Shown here piece by piece: positions 19,281 to 28,249 of a DNA stretch of 64,000 nt. Source of the stretch: a virus. A program made the translations under genes and the position numbers. Positions within the stretch are counted from its first letter, which is position 1. Every line of letters begins with the position of its first letter. Below the pieces are notes generated by a model. The model worked only from the letters and a program-made list of their open reading frames with translations. It was not told the origin of the DNA and ran no database searches. The stretch covers positions 32,001 through 96,000 of the IMG/VR virus record IMGVR_UViG_3300050120_000210. One strand, 5' to 3'.

Positions 19281-19738
19281 GACTTTCCCGATTGGAGGCG
19301 AGCCCGAATCTTCGTCAGGCGAGAACAAAACTCGCGCTCGGTCAACACGGTTTCACGCGCATCATTTTTGCCGATTGCATGGGTCAGGTTGGACGAACCG
19401 GTCGCCAGTAGCGCCCGACGAAACCCGTCGTTCTCTGCCAATGCGTCGAACGCATCATCCAACAGAGTTTGATATTCGTCGCCGTGACGATCAAAGGCGA
19501 CACCGGCCCACCAAAGGGTCTGTCGCTGTTTCCACGCCTTGTTGCGTTTCTGGCCACGACGTTTCGCGGCGAGACCGACGAGCTTGCAGACTTCGACTTG
19601 GATGTGGACCTTGTCGAACTTGAACGCCTGAACCAGTCCTTCCATGGAGTTGCACTCCACCCCTCGGAAGACGAAGGGATGTGGGGAGAAATTGCTCAGT
19701 TTGTCTGCGGGCCAGCCTTTGCCCGAGCCAATGTCCAT
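19277..19738 (-). CDS. NADAR-family protein (T4 gp30.3-like)
   Basis: LSNFSPHPF...SMEGLVQAFKF...QTLWW.G...ALLATG..LTH.IG...TVLTE.EF. Confidence 0.85.
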   Translation of the reverse strand: MDIGSGKGWPADKLSNFSPHPFVFRGVECNSMEGLVQAFKFDKVHIQVEVCKLVGLAAKRRGQKRNKAWKQRQTLWWAGVAFDRHGDEYQTLLDDAFDALAENDGFRRALLATGSSNLTHAIGKNDARETVLTEREFCSRLTKIRARLQSGKS

Positions 19739-20002
19739 TATGAGTCCGCCTTGACCAAGAAACGATCTGCGGCCACTGCACGGACCATGCCAGAAAAGAA
19801 TGGCGTCATGAACTCGACGGCAAGAGCGTGGGCCTTGCCGACCATGTAGCTATCGACGATCTCTCCCGAATACGAACCGATCATCCCGATCATGGCATCG
19901 TCTTCGTTGGCCGAATGCTCGGGATTGAAGCGTGCACGACGGCCGATCCACGCCTTAGCCTGTTCTTCGGTCTCGGCTACTGGAACGATCTCGGAAGACA
20001 TG
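19738..20002 (-). CDS. Small hypothetical protein
   Basis: Coupled ORF. Confidence 0.55.
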
Positions 20003-20059
20003 ATTTCGCTTTCGGAAAATCTCGTATGCGAAAACATTTACGACCATATAATCTAATGG

Positions 20060-20548
20060 TCAAGTTGCTTCGCCTGCTACCACTGCCTGTTGAACGCGAG
20101 CACGCAGCCTATACATATTGTAGATGTATTCCCACTCGGTCAGCGTTGTCCGTGTTGGATCATGATGTCCAATAACGTGGGTCAACAAGTCCACGCCAGT
20201 CTCGAACAAAGACTGGCGGAAGATTGGGTTTTGATCGAAGCAGGCATCGTAACCGCGTTCGATCAAGGTATGGAATTCACGAGACAATCTCGGATATGCC
20301 TTACCTCTCCACCACAGGGTTTGGGTATCTCGCCAGTCGTTCCCAACCTGTCCGACTTTGTAGGCTCTGTAGCCCACAAGAACTGCGATCATTTCTTGTT
20401 CTTCAAGCCCTTCGAACTTGAGAGATTGCAGCCAGCCTTCGATCCCGCCGCACTGAACGCCATCCATGACGAAGGGATATGACGCGAAGTTAGAAAGCGC
20501 CTTTCCGAGCCCGCCATTTCGGGAACCAAGATCGAGAATTGCAGTCAT
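20060..20548 (-). CDS. Second NADAR-family protein (T4 gp30.3-like)
   Basis: LSNFASYPF...IEGWLQSLKF...QTLWWRG...LTHVIG...TTLTE.E. Confidence 0.85.
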   Translation of the reverse strand: MTAILDLGSRNGGLGKALSNFASYPFVMDGVQCGGIEGWLQSLKFEGLEEQEMIAVLVGYRAYKVGQVGNDWRDTQTLWWRGKAYPRLSREFHTLIERGYDACFDQNPIFRQSLFETGVDLLTHVIGHHDPTRTTLTEWEYIYNMYRLRARVQQAVVAGEAT

Positions 20549-20747
20549 CTAGCCACCTCTAGAAACAAGATAGCCCCCATCTATTGTGGGGTCAAAATTC
20601 AACATTATGATAACCGACGATTTCATGCGGGTGCCGGTTTTCCATTAACAACCTTGAACTTTTTTCTTGACGAACGGTTGACAGCAAATGCAGGCCAAGT
20701 TACTTGCTGAAATCCCTACCGCTGCTTTCCAACAGGAGTGCCCTTAT

Positions 20748-21335
20748 ATGCAGCAATCGGAAGGCGGAAACGCCCAATTCAAGACTGAGATGGCCGTGAG
20801 CATGTTCAATGCTTACGCGGCCAACAACCACGTCGCCGCCACGGAAATTCCGGGTCTCATGGCGACCTTCTCCAAGGAACTGGACGTTCTGATGAACGTG
20901 GCGGCCCCCGCCACCGAACTGGAAAAGAAGGAACCTGCGGTCGCGATCCGCAAGTCCGTCACCCCGGATCACATCATCGACCTGTTCACCGGCCGCAAGT
21001 TCAAGTCCCTGAAGCGTTACCTCCGCACGTCGCACAACATGACGCCGGAGCAGTATCGCGCCTACTGGAACCTGCCGAAGGACTACCCGATGGTCGCCCC
21101 GGCCTACGCGCAACGTCGTTCCGACCTCGCGAAGTCCATGGGTCTCGGCCAAGGTGGGCGCCAGCCCGCCAAGACGGCTCCCGCCGCCGCTGAAGCGCCG
21201 AAGGCTCCCAAGGCCGCCGCCCCCAAGAAGGCCGCTGCCCCGAAAGCTCCGAAAGCCGCCAAGGCCCCGAAGGCTCCCGCTGCTGCCGCCGCTCCGGCTG
21301 AAGCTCCGGCCGCGTCGGAAACCGTCGCTTCCTAA
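20748..21335 (+). CDS. mucR: MucR/Ros family regulator with Ala/Lys/Pro-rich tail
   Basis: PAVAIRKSVTPD, KFKSLKR.L...MTPEQYR..W.LP.DYPMVAP.Y...RS.LAK.MGLG; AGGAG RBS before ATG 20748. Confidence 0.92.
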   Translation: MQQSEGGNAQFKTEMAVSMFNAYAANNHVAATEIPGLMATFSKELDVLMNVAAPATELEKKEPAVAIRKSVTPDHIIDLFTGRKFKSLKRYLRTSHNMTPEQYRAYWNLPKDYPMVAPAYAQRRSDLAKSMGLGQGGRQPAKTAPAAAEAPKAPKAAAPKKAAAPKAPKAAKAPKAPAAAAAPAEAPAASETVAS

Positions 21336-21361
21336 GCGCCAGTTTCGATCCTACCAAGACA

Positions 21362-21392
21362 GAGGCCGCCGGGGTGACTCGGCGGCCTTTTT
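21362..21392 (+). terminator. Rho-independent terminator
   Basis: GGCCGCCG/CGGCGGCC stem followed by TTTTT. Confidence 0.85.
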
Positions 21393-21490
21393 CGTGCCTG
21401 AAATTATATTTGGACTTTGCTTACGGCCGTGCTAAATAGAATCTAACAGTGGGAACAAACTCACTGGCCATACACATAGAAGGATTTTCT

Positions 21491-22645
21491 ATGGCCCATA
21501 TCACCCGTGCGCGGGAACATGACATTTGCGTCTTCATTGGACGCTTTCAACCCTTGCACGCTGGACATATGGGCGTGATTCTCAAGGCGTTGGAATACGC
21601 CGAGTTCCTCTTCATTCTCATCGGCTCTGCCAACGTCGCCCGTCGTCCTGACGCCAATCCCTTTTTCGCGGCCGAACGCATCGAGATGCTGCTCGCGTCT
21701 CTGCCGCCAGAGGCGCGCGAGCGAGTGATCTTCATTCCCATGGAAGATAGTGACTACGAAACTATCGATTGGGTGAATGCGGTCAACCGCGCCGTGACGA
21801 CCGAAGCGATCAAGATCATGGGCAAGCTCGATTCGAGCATCAGCCTGATCGGCCACTCCAAAGACCACACGTCTTTCTACCTGAAGCTCTTCCCGCAGTG
21901 GAACACTATCGACGTGGTGTCTTCTCGTCCCCTCGACGCGACCATACTGCGGAATCAGTTCTTCACGGGCAACACGGCTGTCGTCGATAACATGTTCCGC
22001 TACGCCGTGGAAAACCAAGACATCCCGCTAGGCGCCATCAACTGGCTGCGAGACTTCCAAAAACTGGATGTCTATGGCGAACTCGTCGAAGAGATGGAGT
22101 TCTATCGATCCTGTCACGCCCGTTGGGATGCGGAATCGTGGCCTGCGAGCCGCAACACTGTCACCGGTGATGCTCTGATTCTGCAATCCAACCATGTCCT
22201 GCTGATCCAGCGCGGTGAGTTCCCTCAGAAGGGAACGTGGGGTATGCCCGGCGGCCACACCAATACGAACGAAACTGTTGCCGATTCTGCGCTGCGCGAA
22301 GGCTACGAAGAGACCGGCATCAAAGTGCCCAAGATCGTTTTCGAAAAGGCGTTCGTCGGCAAAGACTATTTCGATGCTCCCCGCCGCGATCCGCGTGGCC
22401 GGTATATCGGACACGTCTTCATGTATCACTTGCAACCTTCGGCGCCGTCCTACGACACCACCAAGTCGCCTGTGGAGAACCGTCGCCGGGTGAAGGACGC
22501 GTTGTCTCTGCCGAAGGTGAAGGGCATGGACGACGCCATGGGTGCCAAGTGGTGGCACCTCGACGACCTCAAGCGGTCTGAGATGTTCTTGGACCACTAT
22601 TCCATCATTCGCAAAATGACTGCCCAGTTCGGGAAGGGAAATTAA
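21491..22645 (+). CDS. nadM: Bifunctional NMN/NaMN adenylyltransferase - ADP-ribose pyrophosphatase (NadM-Nudix)
   Basis: GRFQPLHAGH, GSA..NPF...ER, GHSKD.TSFYL..FPQW; Nudix box GG.....E.....ALREGYEETGI; RDPRGR; FLDH. Confidence 0.93.
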   Translation: MAHITRAREHDICVFIGRFQPLHAGHMGVILKALEYAEFLFILIGSANVARRPDANPFFAAERIEMLLASLPPEARERVIFIPMEDSDYETIDWVNAVNRAVTTEAIKIMGKLDSSISLIGHSKDHTSFYLKLFPQWNTIDVVSSRPLDATILRNQFFTGNTAVVDNMFRYAVENQDIPLGAINWLRDFQKLDVYGELVEEMEFYRSCHARWDAESWPASRNTVTGDALILQSNHVLLIQRGEFPQKGTWGMPGGHTNTNETVADSALREGYEETGIKVPKIVFEKAFVGKDYFDAPRRDPRGRYIGHVFMYHLQPSAPSYDTTKSPVENRRRVKDALSLPKVKGMDDAMGAKWWHLDDLKRSEMFLDHYSIIRKMTAQFGKGN

Positions 22646-22646
22646 A

Positions 22647-24008
22647 ATGGACTTCGCGAAACGCGCACATGACCACAGCTTCCACATCGACCCCATCGTG
22701 CGGTCGCTGTTCGACACCGATTTCTACAAGCCGCTGATGCACCAGTTCATCTGGTCGCGCCACCCGAACACGCAGGTTACGTTCGGCGTGACCAACCGCA
22801 CGAAAGACGTGCCGCTCGCCGATATCATCGACGAGGGCGAACTGCGTGAGCAACTCGACCATGTCAAGTCGCTGACCTACACGAAATCGGAACTCATCAA
22901 CCTGAAAGGCCAGTCCTACTACGGTCAAGAGGGCATCTTCCGGCCGGGTTACATCGACTTCCTGCGGACCTTCCGCATGGGCGACTATAATCTCGAACGC
23001 GAGCGCGCGTTCAACGGCGGCGTGGGCTACGACACCGGCCAGTTCCGGTTGGAGTTCGACGACAAGTGGACGCACAGCAGCCCTTGGGAACTGCACTCGC
23101 TGACCGTCGTCAATGAACTTCGCAACCGGGCGCTCATGAAGTCGATGAGCAAGTCCGAACTGGACATCATGTATGCCCGCGCCAAGGTGAAGCTATACGC
23201 CAAGCTGAAGGCTCTGGCCGACGACCCGGCCCTCGAAGGCATCAGCGTCTCCGACTTCGGCACCCGCCGTCGCCATTCGTTCCTCTGGCAGGAATATGTC
23301 GTGCAGATGATGGCCGAAGTTCTCGGAGACCGGTTCGGCGGCACCTCGAACGTCTTCCTCGCCATGAAGCATGGTTTCGAAGCGCGGGGCACCAACGCGC
23401 ACGAACTGCCGATGGTCTACGCGGCTCTGGCCAAGAACGATGAAGAACTCGCGCAGGCGCCCTACAAGCTGTGCCACGACTGGGAGGCCGATGTTCGCGG
23501 CCCGCTGCAAATCATGCTGCCCGACACTTTCGGCACCACGGGGTTCCTGAAGAACGCCCCGCACGGCATGGCTGACTGGGCGGGTGCGCGCCCGGACTCC
23601 AAGAAAGCCAAACCCGCCATCGAAGAACTGATCGCTTACTGGGAATACCATTCCAAGGACCCGAAAACGAAGTTGGTCATCCCGAGCGATGGCCTCGACG
23701 TTCGTGTCCCCGGCTATGAGCCGCAGGGCGAAGACATCCCGACCATCTATCGCGAGTTCAAGGGCCGTGTTCGGATGTCGTTCGGTTGGGGAACGCTGGC
23801 GACCAATGACTTCGTCGGCTGCCATCCGAATCAAGCCGACTACATGAAGCCCGTCAGCCTCGTGTGCAAGGTGAAGTCGGCCGAAGGTCGCCCGGCGGTC
23901 AAGCTGTCGGACAACTACAACAAGGCCACTGGCCCCGCTGAAGAGATCGAACGCTATCGCCGCGTCTTCGGTATCGAAGGGCTGGCTGGCGTCCCGGTCA
24001 CCGTCTGA
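22647..24008 (+). CDS. pncB: Nicotinate phosphoribosyltransferase
   Basis: DTDFYK, SDFGTRRRHS, GTSNV, GTNAHE (phospho-His), PDTFG, RPDS, SDGL, FGWGT, KLSDN. Confidence 0.93.
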   Translation: MDFAKRAHDHSFHIDPIVRSLFDTDFYKPLMHQFIWSRHPNTQVTFGVTNRTKDVPLADIIDEGELREQLDHVKSLTYTKSELINLKGQSYYGQEGIFRPGYIDFLRTFRMGDYNLERERAFNGGVGYDTGQFRLEFDDKWTHSSPWELHSLTVVNELRNRALMKSMSKSELDIMYARAKVKLYAKLKALADDPALEGISVSDFGTRRRHSFLWQEYVVQMMAEVLGDRFGGTSNVFLAMKHGFEARGTNAHELPMVYAALAKNDEELAQAPYKLCHDWEADVRGPLQIMLPDTFGTTGFLKNAPHGMADWAGARPDSKKAKPAIEELIAYWEYHSKDPKTKLVIPSDGLDVRVPGYEPQGEDIPTIYREFKGRVRMSFGWGTLATNDFVGCHPNQADYMKPVSLVCKVKSAEGRPAVKLSDNYNKATGPAEEIERYRRVFGIEGLAGVPVTV

Positions 24009-24018
24009 GGAAAGAAAC

Positions 24019-24264
24019 ATGCATACCAAAGTCGAACGCAAGTTCACCCTCGACGAAGCGGACATCAAAGCCATCGTGGCGGCTCATCTGAGCACGCTCG
24101 GCGATCTTTCTGTCTCGCCGGAACAAGTCATCATCCACATCAAGGACAGCACGCCGTATGGCGGGGGAGGTGATGATGGAAAGCCTGCCGTGCTCACGGT
24201 GACGGCAGTTATCGAAGAACCGCCCGGCCCGTTTCTGCTGTCAGCGCATAGGACTCGCCGGTAA
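24019..24264 (+). CDS. Small hypothetical protein
   Basis: GAGG RBS; inside NAD operon. Confidence 0.6.
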   Translation: MHTKVERKFTLDEADIKAIVAAHLSTLGDLSVSPEQVIIHIKDSTPYGGGGDDGKPAVLTVTAVIEEPPGPFLLSAHRTRR

Positions 24265-24275
24265 GGCGATTATCG

Positions 24276-24303
24276 TTGACCAAATCAATATTCAAGATAG
24301 CCT
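24276..24303 (+). promoter_or_regulatory. Internal sigma70-type promoter for pncA-nadE
   Basis: TTGACC-16nt-TAGCCT. Confidence 0.5.
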
Positions 24304-24327
24304 CTGAATAGAGGCAGAAGGATCAAA

Positions 24328-24966
24328 ATGAACAAGATTGCAATCAAGCAAGGGACCGACATTCTGGGTTCCATCGACCAGCAGGTTGACTTTGGCGACG
24401 ACGGCAAGCTGCCGGTCGCCGGTGGCAAGGCCACGGTCGAACCCACCAATCGTGTGGGCAAGAAGTTTCGGCGCGCGTTCAAATCGCAGGATTGGCACCC
24501 GGCCGACCACGGTTCGTTCGCCAGTCAACACGGCGTGGCCCCCTTCACGATGATTAAGTTGGGTGGTCTCGATCAAGTCGCGTGGACGGATCACTGCGTG
24601 CAGGGCACCGAAGGCGCCGAGTTCCTCCCCGGCCTCGATCTGCCAAACACCGTACTGGTCGTCCGCAAGGGCATGAACCGGATGATCGACAGTTACTCGG
24701 CGTTCTTCGAGAACGATGGCACGACGCCGACCGGCCTGAACGGCGCGCTGGCCGAACTCGGAATCAAGCGCATCTTCCTGACTGGTTTGGCCCGCAACTT
24801 CTGCGTTGCCTTCACGGCGCTGGATGCCATTCGGCTTGGTTACGAAGTCTTCATCTTCGAAGACGCCGTCGCCTCGATCCAAGATGGCTCGGACGAGGCT
24901 ATGACCGAAAAACTACTCGCCGCTGGCGTGAAGCTCATCACCACGGCCGACATCGAGGGGATTTGA
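24328..24966 (+). CDS. pncA: Nicotinamidase/pyrazinamidase
   Basis: DQQVDF..G.L.V, QDWHP..H.SF, W.DHCVQGT.GA, KG...DSYSAF, GLA.NFCV catalytic Cys. Confidence 0.93.
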   Translation: MNKIAIKQGTDILGSIDQQVDFGDDGKLPVAGGKATVEPTNRVGKKFRRAFKSQDWHPADHGSFASQHGVAPFTMIKLGGLDQVAWTDHCVQGTEGAEFLPGLDLPNTVLVVRKGMNRMIDSYSAFFENDGTTPTGLNGALAELGIKRIFLTGLARNFCVAFTALDAIRLGYEVFIFEDAVASIQDGSDEAMTEKLLAAGVKLITTADIEGI

Positions 24967-24967
24967 G

Positions 24968-25618
24968 ATGACCGAATCGTTCGAAAGCAAATTCACCAAA
25001 ATCGGTGACGTGACGCTTCCCTACTATGCGGGAACCCGCGTCATGATGCTCCCGGTCATCATCGGCAACGAGGCCAGCATTCCCGATCTGCTGGCCGGTG
25101 AATGGAAGGCGACCTTCCATGAACTGTCCGAACTCGCCAATCCCGCCCACAAGGGCAAGGTTGGTTACCTGACCATCGACGAGAAAATTGTTCAACCTGC
25201 CAAGACCCATCGCCGCGAAGGCAAACACGTCGATGGCGTGTTCCAAGGCAGCACCGGTAGCTGGGGCGGCGGTGGAGGATGGGGCTCCGTGGGCAACGGT
25301 ATGATTACCGTCGCCTCGCACCCCGGTTGTCGTGCGTGGAACCAAACCTTCATCGGTCGCACCGGATACGAAGGCGAATGCGATCACCTCGCCGACCAGT
25401 GCGAAGGTGAAGGCACGCTGTTTGGCGCCGGTGAAGTGTTCTGGGTGGATGGATTGTGCGTCCATGAGTCGGTGGCCATGACGCGGCCGACTCCGCGCCA
25501 GTTCGTGCGACTCTCGCTGCCGTCGAATGCGGCGTGGTTCGAGGGCTACACAGAAAATCCGCTGGGCGTGCTTCCCACCGGCCCGATCCTCCCGCGCCGT
25601 TCGTTCATGGACGCCTGA
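24968..25618 (+). CDS. Putative 2OG-Fe(II)/cupin-fold oxygenase
   Basis: HRREGKHVDG (HxD), distal VHES and R.F.R. Confidence 0.55.
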   Translation: MTESFESKFTKIGDVTLPYYAGTRVMMLPVIIGNEASIPDLLAGEWKATFHELSELANPAHKGKVGYLTIDEKIVQPAKTHRREGKHVDGVFQGSTGSWGGGGGWGSVGNGMITVASHPGCRAWNQTFIGRTGYEGECDHLADQCEGEGTLFGAGEVFWVDGLCVHESVAMTRPTPRQFVRLSLPSNAAWFEGYTENPLGVLPTGPILPRRSFMDA

Positions 25619-25620
25619 AT

Positions 25621-25932
25621 ATGACGGCTCCCGCACTTCATTCCTTTGAATATGCGCTGGTGGTGGTGTCTCAACGCCTGCTGCCGTCCGCATATCCGAC
25701 TGAAGTTGCGCGGGAGCTTTCCACCGTGCTCAACCGAGAAGTCAGCATCCCGCAAGTCGTGCTCTCGCTGAACCGGCTTGAGGAAAATGGCTTCGTGGTC
25801 ACCACGATCAGCGAAGCCCGGCCCGTTCGCGGTGGCCGTAAGCGGCGGATGATCTATGTCACGAAGTCCGGCGCGGATGCTGCGGTTCAGACGCGTGATT
25901 TCTACAATAACCTTCAGTTCGAGAAGGACTAA
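25621..25932 (+). CDS. PadR-like winged-helix regulator
   Basis: AY..EV..EL, L.RLEENG.V, GGR.RR...VT..G. Confidence 0.8.
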   Translation: MTAPALHSFEYALVVVSQRLLPSAYPTEVARELSTVLNREVSIPQVVLSLNRLEENGFVVTTISEARPVRGGRKRRMIYVTKSGADAAVQTRDFYNNLQFEKD

Positions 25933-25935
25933 AAA

Positions 25936-27705
25936 ATGAAGATCAAGATCGCCGTCGTGCAATTCAATCCCAAGGTGGGAGCACTGGAAGACAACGCCGC
26001 CCGGATGCTCGGACTGTATTCGGCCGCCGCCGTGTCCGGCGCCGATCTCGTCGTGTTCCCCGAATGCGCGCTCACTGGCTATCCGCTGGAAGACCTCGTG
26101 TTGCGTCACAGCTTCATGGACGCCGTGGTCGTGGAATCGAAGGCGTTCATCGACGCGGTTTATGCCACCGGCCTGAAAGCATCCGTGATCTTTGGTACGC
26201 CCATCCACGGTGTGGCCATCAACGGCGATGATCGGTCGGGCAATGGCGCCATCCTGTTTGATCCCACCACGGGCAAATGGGAATCGGTTCTCAAATACGA
26301 ACTGCCGAATTACGGCGTGTTCGACGAGAAGCGCATTTTCCAACGCGGCGAAGACCCGATCCATACCATTGAATGGCGTGGCAAGAAAATCGGCCTGATG
26401 ATCTGCGAAGACGCGTGGTTCTCGACCGTCACGAATCGGCTCTACACGGATGACGCCGTCTTCCTCATCTCGATCAACGGTTCGCCGTTCGAGTCCGGCA
26501 AGAACGTCATCCGCCACAACGTCGTCAAGGAACGGATGAACGAAACCGGCCTGCCGTTCCTCTACGTGAACATGGTCGGTGGACAAGACGAACTGGTGTT
26601 CGACGGTGGGTCTTTCCTCTACGACAGCAACGGTCTGCAAGAGGCTCCCTACTTCGAAGATGGTCTCTTCTTTTTCGACACAGAAATCACCGAAGAGAAA
26701 CGATCCCAGTCGATGTCGTGGGGTGATCCGCCACCTCCGGCAATCATGACCTTCACCGACTTCCCAACCATCGTTCCCACCGGCATCGGCGCGATCTACC
26801 AAGCCTGCGTGCTCGGTCTGCGGGACTACGTGACCAAGCAGGGTTTCAAGAGCGTCTTGCTGGGATATTCCGGCGGGGTGGACTCCGGTATCGTCGCCGC
26901 CATGGCCTGCGATGCTCTGGGTCACGAGAACGTTCTGTTGGTCCGTCTACCCTCCAATTTCTCATCGGACGGTTCGCTCACCGACGCCGCTGATGGGGCC
27001 AAGCGGCTCGGTGCGGCGATGCGGACGATCTACATCGAAGGGATCGTCAACGAACTGCGGCGGTCCTACACCACGGCGACATACGGTCATGACGAAAACG
27101 CGCCGGGTGCTTCACAGTTGGACAAGCACCTCGAAGGTGTGGCCGACGAGAACATCCAAGCTCGCGCTCGCGGGACCGTCCTGATGGCCATCAGCAATCA
27201 GGAAGGCCATATGCTCTTGACCACCGGCAACAAGTCGGAAGTCAGCGTGGGCTATTCGACGCTCTACGGCGACATGTCGGGCGGCTTCAATCCGATCAAG
27301 GATTGCTACAAGGTCACGGTCTGGGACCTCTGCCGCTGGCGGAACGCCTTGACCGCTCAGCAAATCCGCGACTTCGGGTTCATGGGCGCGGCGACGGAGG
27401 TTGTGCCGGAAGCAATCATCGTCAAGCCGCCGTCCGCCGAACTTCGGCCGGACCAACAAGACAGTGACAGCCTTCCCGCCTATCCGATTCTCGACGCGAT
27501 GCTGAAGGCGATGATCGAAGACGAACTTAGCGTCAACGAGATCGTTGACAAGCTGGGTCTTGATATCGACTTGGTCAAACGCATCCGGCGACTGGTGGAC
27601 AACGCAGAATACAAGCGCCGTCAAGCGGCGCCGGGCGTGAAGATCACCAGCAAGATTCACGGCCGGGATCGTCGCTACCCCATCGTCAACGCGTGGAGGA
27701 ACTGA
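25936..27705 (+). CDS. nadE: Glutamine-dependent NAD+ synthetase
   Basis: Nitrilase domain triad (FPE, K..LPNYGVFDEKR, ICED); synthetase SGGVDS, ENIQAR.RG, TGNKSE..VGY.TLYGD, KPPSAEL, EYKRRQ. Confidence 0.96.
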   Translation: MKIKIAVVQFNPKVGALEDNAARMLGLYSAAAVSGADLVVFPECALTGYPLEDLVLRHSFMDAVVVESKAFIDAVYATGLKASVIFGTPIHGVAINGDDRSGNGAILFDPTTGKWESVLKYELPNYGVFDEKRIFQRGEDPIHTIEWRGKKIGLMICEDAWFSTVTNRLYTDDAVFLISINGSPFESGKNVIRHNVVKERMNETGLPFLYVNMVGGQDELVFDGGSFLYDSNGLQEAPYFEDGLFFFDTEITEEKRSQSMSWGDPPPPAIMTFTDFPTIVPTGIGAIYQACVLGLRDYVTKQGFKSVLLGYSGGVDSGIVAAMACDALGHENVLLVRLPSNFSSDGSLTDAADGAKRLGAAMRTIYIEGIVNELRRSYTTATYGHDENAPGASQLDKHLEGVADENIQARARGTVLMAISNQEGHMLLTTGNKSEVSVGYSTLYGDMSGGFNPIKDCYKVTVWDLCRWRNALTAQQIRDFGFMGAATEVVPEAIIVKPPSAELRPDQQDSDSLPAYPILDAMLKAMIEDELSVNEIVDKLGLDIDLVKRIRRLVDNAEYKRRQAAPGVKITSKIHGRDRRYPIVNAWRN

Positions 27706-27863
27706 TGGCCAGATTGACCGGCTTGGGGAAGGCCATCGTGTTTGTTGGCGGGGCGGTGACCATCGTGTTTTTTATGACGTTGGTGGTCCAAACTCACGGC
27801 CATAAACCAGACGCCAGTAGTGCTCTGTGGTTTATGAGCGGCATGATAAACGCAGCGGGTTGA
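27705..27863 (+). CDS. Small membrane protein, 52 aa, not in ORF track
   Basis: TGATG overlap with nadE; one TM helix. Confidence 0.55.
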   Translation: MARLTGLGKAIVFVGGAVTIVFFMTLVVQTHGHKPDASSALWFMSGMINAAG

Positions 27864-27865
27864 CC

Positions 27866-28249
27866 ATGAGCAAATCAAAAAACTGGCCAGCCAACGACGC
27901 ACCGATGGACTTCGAAAGCTTGACCAAGCCCCTCGTCCGGGCAATGCGTTTCGCCTACAAGCTGCGGCGCCAGAATCGCGACAAGGACATCCCGTGGACT
28001 GGGCCGGAAATCGGCGAGCGTGAGCGGGCAACGTGCCTGTCACCGTCCACCCAACTGTCGTCCGAGAACATGATCTATTCGGAAGACGAACAGGGCCGCG
28101 ACGGTCTCGAAGAGATCATCGGGCTGGCGCTTCGCATCGGCATCGAGCAGGGTCGTCGGATCACCATGGGAAGCCCGGAGATCAAGATGATGGAGACCCA
28201 GCTTCTTCTCTGGAAGCATGGCGTCCCGTTCAAAGACTTCAATGTCTGA
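27866..28249 (+). CDS. Hypothetical protein
   Basis: ORF from MSKSKNW. Confidence 0.65.
   Translation: MSKSKNWPANDAPMDFESLTKPLVRAMRFAYKLRRQNRDKDIPWTGPEIGERERATCLSPSTQLSSENMIYSEDEQGRDGLEEIIGLALRIGIEQGRRITMGSPEIKMMETQLLLWKHGVPFKDFNV

Noticed and set aside
19491-19781. Alternative-frame ORF overlapping the NADAR gene, reminiscent of T4 30.3'
   Set aside because: No RBS or recognisable similarity, and no equivalent listed in the second NADAR paralog
21170-21320. Short DNA repeats as a possible array
   Set aside because: They encode the AKP low-complexity tail of MucR; no spacer structure
23193-27660. Long antisense ORFs over pncB, pncA and nadE (likewise over ileS, the clamp loader and 35421-36929)
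   Set aside because: No motifs; opposite well-supported genes in GC-rich DNA
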